A stretch of 64,000 nucleotides of DNA from an uncultured Planctomycetaceae bacterium. GTDB taxonomy: Bacteria > Planctomycetota > Phycisphaerae > SM23-33. This document shows, in pieces, positions 58,106 through 64,000 of this stretch. Location: NCBI GenBank assembly GCA_964401835.1, contig CAYNZP010000006.1, forward strand, positions 34,020-98,019. Reading direction: 5' to 3'. The position numbers and the translations under genes are program-made. How positions within the stretch are numbered: position 1 is the stretch's first letter; every line of letters begins with the position of its first letter. The notes below the pieces were generated by a model that worked only from the letters and a program-made list of their open reading frames with translations, ran no database searches and was not told the origin of the DNA.

Positions 58106-59974
58106 ATGACAAAGGAAATGTTAATAGATACGGTAAAGGGGTTTGAAAGCCGAATAGCTATCGTCATTGACGGGGTGCTGGAGGAGCTTTACATAGAAAG
58201 AGCCTCAAACGGATACAACGTCAGCAACATCTACAAGGGAAAGGTTACGAACGTCGAGCCATCGATACAGGCTGCTTTCGTAGACTTCGGGCACGGCAAA
58301 AACGGCTTTCTGCATATATCAGACCTCAGCCATCAGTATTTCCCCAAGGCCCAGCAAAAGACCGAACCGGTCGGCCGGAAAAGATCCCACAGGGAAAGGC
58401 CCCCTATCCAGGAGTGTCTGCGCCGTGGGCAGGAAGTTGTCGTTCAGCTGACAAAAGAAGGAATCGGCACCAAGGGCCCGACACTTACGACATATCTTTC
58501 CGTACCGGGCAGATTGTTAGTGATGATGCCGGGAATGACCAAGCTCGGAATTTCGAGAAAAATCGAAGACGAAGAAGCCCGCCTTAAAAGCAGGAAGCTA
58601 CTTGGCGAACTGAAGCTACCGCCGGACATAGGCTTTATTGTTCGAACAGCGGGAATCGACAAGAGCAAGAGAGAGCTTCAGCGAGACCTGAATTACCTGC
58701 TTCGTTTGTGGAAAGGAATCAAGAAACGCATCAAGAGCTGCCCCGCTCCATGCGAAATTTACCGCGAATCCGATCTGGTCATCCGCACCAGCCGCGATAT
58801 CTACAACTCCGACATCGACAGAATTATATGCGATAACGAATCAGTGGCGCGCCGCGTCAAGGAATTTCTCGATGCCGCCATGCCACGAAGCAAAAACCTT
58901 GTCGAAGTCTATAAAGGCAGGGAAGGTCTCTTCCACGATTACGGTCTGGAAGGCGAAATCGAAAAAATCTACTCGCGTCGAGTTGAATTGCCCTCGGGCG
59001 GTTCTTTGGTTATCGACCAGACTGAAGCTCTCGTCGCCGTGGACGTCAACTCCGGGAAATACAGAGAACATTCCGACGCCGAAACTACTGCGCTAAAGAT
59101 CAATACCGAAGCTGCTAAAGAAATCGCACGACAATTGAGGCTTCGTGACCTTGGTGGTGTCGTCGCCATGGATTTCATCGATATGCGGGAGGAAAAAAAC
59201 CGCCGTACTATCGAAAAAACCGTCCGGGAAGCGATCAAGAAAGACCGTGCAAAGAGCAAGGTCCTAAAGATGAGCAGCTTCGGAATAATCGAAATGACAC
59301 GCCAGCGGGTCAGGCCGTCTCTGAAACACAGTTTCTATGAAACCTGTAATTACTGCAAAGGGTCAGGGTTGATAAAATCCGAGGAATCGCAATCGCTAGC
59401 TGTTATGAGATGCCTGAGGCGAGCGTGTGCCCATGAAGATATCCAGAATATTGAGATAGTGGTAACCCCAGCGGTTCAGAATTATCTGGTAAACGATCAA
59501 AGGCAGGAGATCGGCCGGCTGGAAGATGAGTCTGGAAAAAAGATTATGATCCGTTCCGATATGAGCCTTGGCGGTGATGATATTCGTGTGACTTGTCGAA
59601 ACGCTCGCGGTTCGAAAGTTACTTGCGAGCATCCCGAGCCTAAAACTAAGGGGCAAATTGAAGTTGAGACTGTCGATATAAGAGATATTCCGGAAACACC
59701 CGAGCCGTTATCCGAACAAAAAACGCCAGAGAAAACCAAAGCAGAAACAAAACCAAAAGCAAAAAAGATGAGGAAAAGAAGCAGACGGTCATCGAAGAAA
59801 CAGGGAAAGGCAACTCAGGAAGAAACAAAGCCCAAAAGCAAAGACCTAGTCGAAAAAAAGCAAGAGGAAGCAAAAAAGTCTGCCCCGAAAAAAGCTAAAA
59901 GAGGTCCCAGAAGAAGGTCTAGACGAACCAAGCCCAAAGCCCAGGGCAAAGACAGAAAAAAAGCCGAAGATTAA
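58106..59974 (+). CDS. ribonuclease E/G family endoribonuclease
   Basis: S1 domain (GKVTNVEPSIQAAFVDFGHGKNGFLHISDL), RNase E/G catalytic core, and a Lys-rich C-terminal tail. Confidence 0.85.
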   Translation: MTKEMLIDTVKGFESRIAIVIDGVLEELYIERASNGYNVSNIYKGKVTNVEPSIQAAFVDFGHGKNGFLHISDLSHQYFPKAQQKTEPVGRKRSHRERPPIQECLRRGQEVVVQLTKEGIGTKGPTLTTYLSVPGRLLVMMPGMTKLGISRKIEDEEARLKSRKLLGELKLPPDIGFIVRTAGIDKSKRELQRDLNYLLRLWKGIKKRIKSCPAPCEIYRESDLVIRTSRDIYNSDIDRIICDNESVARRVKEFLDAAMPRSKNLVEVYKGREGLFHDYGLEGEIEKIYSRRVELPSGGSLVIDQTEALVAVDVNSGKYREHSDAETTALKINTEAAKEIARQLRLRDLGGVVAMDFIDMREEKNRRTIEKTVREAIKKDRAKSKVLKMSSFGIIEMTRQRVRPSLKHSFYETCNYCKGSGLIKSEESQSLAVMRCLRRACAHEDIQNIEIVVTPAVQNYLVNDQRQEIGRLEDESGKKIMIRSDMSLGGDDIRVTCRNARGSKVTCEHPEPKTKGQIEVETVDIRDIPETPEPLSEQKTPEKTKAETKPKAKKMRKRSRRSSKKQGKATQEETKPKSKDLVEKKQEEAKKSAPKKAKRGPRRRSRRTKPKAQGKDRKKAED

Positions 59975-60837
59975 CGTCCGCAATAATCGATTAATCGAGC
60001 AAGCTCGCTTCGAAGTTCTTTGCGATGGACTATCATATCTATGAAGCCATGCTCTACCAGGAACTCCGCCCTTTGGAATCCATCAGGCAATTCAGTCTTG
60101 ATAGTATTTGCGATCACACGCTGGCCTGCAAAACCGATAATGGCTCCAGGTTCGGCCATTATGATGTCGCCCAGCATTGCAAAACTCGCGGTCGTTCCTC
60201 CCGTGGTCGGATCAGTCAGAAGCGAAATATAAAATCCGCACTCCTCGTCGAACTTACCCAAGGCTGCGGACGTCTTAGCCATTTGCATCAGGCTCAATGC
60301 TCCTTCGTGCATTCTTGCGCCACCCGAAACACAAACGATGATCAACGGCAACTTCGATGACGTTGCTTCTTCGATAATCAGGGTGAGTTTCTCTCCGAGC
60401 ACCGATCCCATCGAGCCCATCAGAAAATCACCGTCCATTACACCAAGTGCGACACGGCGGCCCTTGATATAGGCTATGCCGGTCAACACAGCTTCGGTCT
60501 GGCCGGTTTTGTCCTGCTCTTTACGAATTCTCTGGGAATACTCCTGCCCAAGCCATTTGAAGTCCAACGGATCGGCTGGCGCTATATCAGCAAAATGTTC
60601 CTCAAAGCTGTCCGGGTCCGTCAGGAGTTCTATCCTCTTTCGAGCATTAATCCTGAAATGATACTCGCACTTCGGGCATACGCTGATGTTTTCCTCAACC
60701 GCTTTGCGATAGAGCATTTCTTCGCAGCCCGGACACCTCAGCCACAAACCGTCGGGAATATCCCTCTTTTGACGTTGGGCTGGTCCTTCGAATACTGAAG
60801 AATCAAACGGGCTTGTTGCTGGGTTCGTCTCTGCCAT
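59971..60837 (-). CDS. accD: acetyl-CoA carboxylase carboxyltransferase subunit beta
   Basis: N-terminal zinc ribbon CPGCEEMLYRK...CPKCEYHF plus the CT-beta domain. Start placed at MAETNP (ATG at 60835-60837), which is preceded by GGAGATAAAA. The longer track ORF overlaps the upstream gene. Confidence 0.85.
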   Translation of the reverse strand: MAETNPATSPFDSSVFEGPAQRQKRDIPDGLWLRCPGCEEMLYRKAVEENISVCPKCEYHFRINARKRIELLTDPDSFEEHFADIAPADPLDFKWLGQEYSQRIRKEQDKTGQTEAVLTGIAYIKGRRVALGVMDGDFLMGSMGSVLGEKLTLIIEEATSSKLPLIIVCVSGGARMHEGALSLMQMAKTSAALGKFDEECGFYISLLTDPTTGGTTASFAMLGDIIMAEPGAIIGFAGQRVIANTIKTELPDGFQRAEFLVEHGFIDMIVHRKELRSELARLIDYCGR

Positions 60838-60865
60838 TTTTATCTCCGGCTCCGACATCAGCTTG

Positions 60866-61435
60866 TCAGAGCGATTTTGAGTCTGCCTCGTAGCTGGCCC
60901 ATACCATCGGCTGGCTAACATTTTTCCAAAGGCTGCTTATTGAATCTCGTTTCAGCAAACAAAGAGCCAATCCAAGTGCGACCGGTCTTAGTGTAAGCAA
61001 AATTGCCTCATCCTTATGTCGCTTGAGAATATCACGCAAAGCCAATTTCAAGCGATCAGCGGCCTGCTCAAGCGTCTCGCCACCCGGGGGCTTGGCGCTG
61101 GCGGGGTCGTCCTGCCATTGCCTGTAGACTTTTGGTTGACGATGCTTGATCTCTTTTAAAGTCAGTCCCTGCCATAGACCGTAGTCAATTTCTCTCAGGC
61201 CGGCCCTTTTCTTCACTTTTAGCTTAAGCGATTTGCCCAGAAGCCTGGCTGTTTCAATTTCAGCCTCGCCCGTTCCTGCATAAACCGCCCTGATTTCATG
61301 TCGCTGCAAATCCCTAGCCGCTGCTTTTACCTGCTTGACTCCCTGCTCGCTCAAAGGAGCACCTGAAGAAGATTCCACACGCTGATCCTTTTCCCAGGTA
61401 GTCTCACCGGTCCGAATTATGAAAAGCTTGGCCAT
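60866..61435 (-). CDS. histidine phosphatase family protein (phosphoglycerate-mutase-like)
   Basis: LFIIRTGETTWE carries the catalytic His-motif (RHG variant). Start is uncertain between ATG at 61435 and TTG at 61453. Confidence 0.7.
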   Translation of the reverse strand: MAKLFIIRTGETTWEKDQRVESSSGAPLSEQGVKQVKAAARDLQRHEIRAVYAGTGEAEIETARLLGKSLKLKVKKRAGLREIDYGLWQGLTLKEIKHRQPKVYRQWQDDPASAKPPGGETLEQAADRLKLALRDILKRHKDEAILLTLRPVALGLALCLLKRDSISSLWKNVSQPMVWASYEADSKSL

Positions 61436-61460
61436 AACCAGGATTCGCACCAAAAAACCA

Positions 61461-62150
61461 CTATTGGCTTATCGCGTCACGTAAGTTACTTACCGCTTTA
61501 GAGATATCGCCCGAACCAAAAATATTTTCGCCGGCTACAAAAACATCTGCGCCCGCCTGGAAACACTTGCGGGCAGTAGCCGGGTTTATTCCGCCATCAA
61601 CCTGAAGTCGTTGATTGTCATTAAGCATACCACGCACAGTAGCAATCTTGTCCAGCATATTTTCCATAAAGCCCTGACCGCCAAAACCGGGCTCTACCGT
61701 CATTATAAGCACCATATCCACATCTTTTATAACCGGCTCCAGGGTCTGGGCCGACGTGCCGGGCTTCAAAGTAACTGCGGCACCTAATCCAAGTTGCCTC
61801 AATCGCTCAATCAACTTTTGGGGTTCTTTGGTCGCCTCGATATGGAAGTTTATGCTGTCAGCACCAGCCTCTGCAAATCGCTCAAGATAAAATGCCGGGT
61901 CATCGACCATCAGATGTACGTCAAGCACGGCATCGGTATATTGGCGTATCTTTTTAGCAAAGCCAGGACCCACAGAAAGGTTCGGCACGAAATGGGCATC
62001 CATTATGTCCACATGAAGGACATCCGCGCCGGCAGCGAGAACTTCGTCTATCTGCTCGCCGGCTCGGGCAAAATCGACAGCCAACAGCGAAGGGGCTATA
62101 AGAGCGCCTTTCGGCAATTGGCCCCACGGATTTTTTCCTTTAACTCTCAT
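61461..62150 (-). CDS. rpe: ribulose-phosphate 3-epimerase
   Basis: IAPSLLAVDFARAGEQIDEV, HVDIMDAHFVPNLSVGP and MTVEPGFGGQ. Confidence 0.9.
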   Translation of the reverse strand: MRVKGKNPWGQLPKGALIAPSLLAVDFARAGEQIDEVLAAGADVLHVDIMDAHFVPNLSVGPGFAKKIRQYTDAVLDVHLMVDDPAFYLERFAEAGADSINFHIEATKEPQKLIERLRQLGLGAAVTLKPGTSAQTLEPVIKDVDMVLIMTVEPGFGGQGFMENMLDKIATVRGMLNDNQRLQVDGGINPATARKCFQAGADVFVAGENIFGSGDISKAVSNLRDAISQ

Positions 62151-62165
62151 TTTGTTTGGAACTTT

Positions 62166-63374
62166 CTATTTTTGGTCTAGTATTTCAATCGGCGGCATGG
62201 GCTTGCCTTCCAGGTAAGTCAAAGACGCACCACCACCGGTGGAAACGTGAGTCATCCTGTCGCCGAGTTTCATCAGCTCGACAGCTGCGGCCGAATCGCC
62301 ACCGCCTATCACGCTTACTGCCCCGCCGTCAGTAGCCTTTGCAACAGCTTCGGCTACCGCTTTTGTTCCAGTAGCATATTGCTCTTTCTCAAATACACCC
62401 ATCGGGCCGTTCCAGACAACCGTGCCCGCTGAAGCAATCTGAGAGCTGAATTGCTCGACGCTCTTTGGGCCAATGTCCATTCCCATCAAATCTGCGGGAA
62501 TGTTCACGTCTTTGACATTGGTCGGCACTCCTGCCGCGAAATCGTCAGTAGCAACATGGTCGCATGGCAGCATTATCTTATCTCCCGCCTTTTCAAGCAG
62601 GGCCTTCATTTCCTCGACCTGATCTTCTTCTACAAGGCTCTTGCCAACTTCCACGCCCCTGGCCTTTAGAAGAGTATATGCCATTGCCCCACCGATAAGA
62701 ATGCGGTCAACCTTATCCAGCAAACTCGAGATGAGTTTGATCTTATCGGAGACCTTTGCCCCACCGAGAATAGCTACGAAAGGCTGAGCGGGCTGGGCTA
62801 CTGCCTCGTGCAGATACCTGATTTCCTTTTCAACCAGACAGCCCGCAACTGCATCGCCGCCTTTTTCCTTTATAACCTGAGGAACGCCCCACATGCTGGC
62901 GTGCTTGCGGTGACAGGTTCCGAACGCGTCATTTACATAAACGTCAGCCATCGCACTAAGAGCCCTAGCCAATTCCATTACCTCGGCTTCGTCTTTGCTG
63001 TCCTCACGCTTATCGAAGCGGACGTTTTCCAGCAGCACTACATCGCCCGAGCCAAGTTCATCGGCCAACTGTTTTGCCTCGTCGCCTGCAACGTCTGTCG
63101 GACCAAGCTTGATTTGCTTACCCAGAAGCTCAGATAGCCTGTCGGCGACGGGCTTGAGCGAGAATTCCATATTGGCCTGGCCCTTTGGCCTGCCGAGATG
63201 GCTGGCGAGTACTAGCTTGCCTTCGCCTTCGATAACCTTTTTTATGCTCGGCAAGGCTGCGACGATACGCTTGTCATCGGTAATCTTCCCGTTGGATAAA
63301 GGAACGTTAAAGTCAACCCGCATGAATACTTTCTTTCCAGCAACGTTAATGTCTGCAATGGTCTTTGTGGCCAT
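62166..63374 (-). CDS. pgk: phosphoglycerate kinase
   Basis: [20 protein letters not shown] and GGGASL. Confidence 0.95.
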   Translation of the reverse strand: MATKTIADINVAGKKVFMRVDFNVPLSNGKITDDKRIVAALPSIKKVIEGEGKLVLASHLGRPKGQANMEFSLKPVADRLSELLGKQIKLGPTDVAGDEAKQLADELGSGDVVLLENVRFDKREDSKDEAEVMELARALSAMADVYVNDAFGTCHRKHASMWGVPQVIKEKGGDAVAGCLVEKEIRYLHEAVAQPAQPFVAILGGAKVSDKIKLISSLLDKVDRILIGGAMAYTLLKARGVEVGKSLVEEDQVEEMKALLEKAGDKIMLPCDHVATDDFAAGVPTNVKDVNIPADLMGMDIGPKSVEQFSSQIASAGTVVWNGPMGVFEKEQYATGTKAVAEAVAKATDGGAVSVIGGGDSAAAVELMKLGDRMTHVSTGGGASLTYLEGKPMPPIEILDQK

Positions 63375-63481
63375 AAATTTTAAATCCCTTACAAATTTCC
63401 ATCAGTAAAAAGGCCTGGCCACATCAAAGTGACCAGGCCGGATATTTTCAGCGAATATCGCCTTATTTTCAAGCTTGCAGC

Positions 63482-64000
63482 TTAAAGTGCAGCCAGCTTT
63501 TCGATGAGATCGGCTGTGCGGTTCGAATAACCCCATTCGTTGTCGTACCACATGGTTACCTTGGCCAGGTCGCCATCGATAACCATAGTGTTGTTTGAAT
63601 CGAAGATCGAGCTGTACGGGTTGTGAACGACGTCAGACGAAACAATCGGGTCGGTGACATACTCAATGATACCCTTCATCGGGCCTTCGGAAGCAGCCTT
63701 GATAGTCTCGTTAATCTCTTCGATGCTGGTCTTCTTGGTGAGGTTAATTGTCAGGTCGGTAATCGAACCAACCGGAACAGGAACGCGAAGAGCAAAGCCG
63801 TCGAGCTTGCCATTGAGTTCCGGAAGAACTTTGCCGACCGCAACAGCAGCACCGGTGGATGTCGGAATGATATTGACTGCAGCTGCACGTGCACGAGGCT
63901 TATCAGCGTGTACCAGGTCGAGAATCTTCTGGTCGTTGGTGTAACCGTGACATGTGGTCATCAGGCCTTTGACGATGCCAAATTTCTCGTGCAGGATCTT
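63482..64000 (-). CDS. gap: glyceraldehyde-3-phosphate dehydrogenase (type I), C-terminal part; the N-terminus lies beyond the window
   Basis: [26 protein letters not shown] and [11 protein letters not shown]. The ORF continues to the window edge. Confidence 0.9.
   Translation of the reverse strand, partial: KILHEKFGIVKGLMTTCHGYTNDQKILDLVHADKPRARAAAVNIIPTSTGAAVAVGKVLPELNGKLDGFALRVPVPVGSITDLTINLTKKTSIEEINETIKAASEGPMKGIIEYVTDPIVSSDVVHNPYSSIFDSNNTMVIDGDLAKVTMWYDNEWGYSNRTADLIEKLAAL

Noticed and set aside
60838-60921. N-terminal 28 codons of the accD six-frame ORF, and the first 6 codons (TTG start) of the histidine phosphatase ORF
   Set aside because: The longer accD start overlaps the upstream gene by 56 nt. 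The ATG at 60835-60837 has a GGAG SD and gives a typical AccD length.

Overview
This window looks like a syntenic core-chromosome segment from a Planctomycetes-like (PVC superphylum) genome, at roughly 55% GC by eye. Supporting traits are large DUF11 and AsmA/TamB-like envelope proteins, a 'small basic protein', DUF1844/DUF502, and extended SecG. Most genes are recognisable housekeeping functions. They include pdxJ-dapA, ftsK-dut-coaBC, rpoZ-gmk-yicC, secG-tpiA, pheA, priA, efp, kdsB, pyrG, xerC/D-type recombinase, clpB, the hpf-ptsN-npr-ptsI nitrogen-PTS block, RNase E/G, accD, rpe, pgk and gap. The non-housekeeping content is more interesting. (1) Two families of apparently structured non-coding RNA elements show compensatory base changes between copies. 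One is a tandem-module leader with a terminator upstream of pdxJ. The other is a ~250-nt element repeated upstream of a response-regulator gene and upstream of kdsB. (2) A cryptic type-II FAS/PKS-like lipid cluster carries a KS, a degenerate KS-like partner, two hot-dog dehydratases, an ACP and an aminotransferase. (3) A translationally coupled operon of unknown function sits behind a response regulator and an M16 peptidase. Its products are an FTCD_C-like protein, a Cys-rich protein, a lipoprotein and an RDD-domain membrane protein. (4) An AT-rich two-gene island lies next to an 800-bp gene-free region that holds a perfect 10 x 10-bp phased GGGCAG repeat array. (5) coaBC is split in frame, and secG carries a C-terminal beta-sandwich-like extension. 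No CRISPR array, rRNA or tRNA was seen. No obvious phage or transposase genes were seen.
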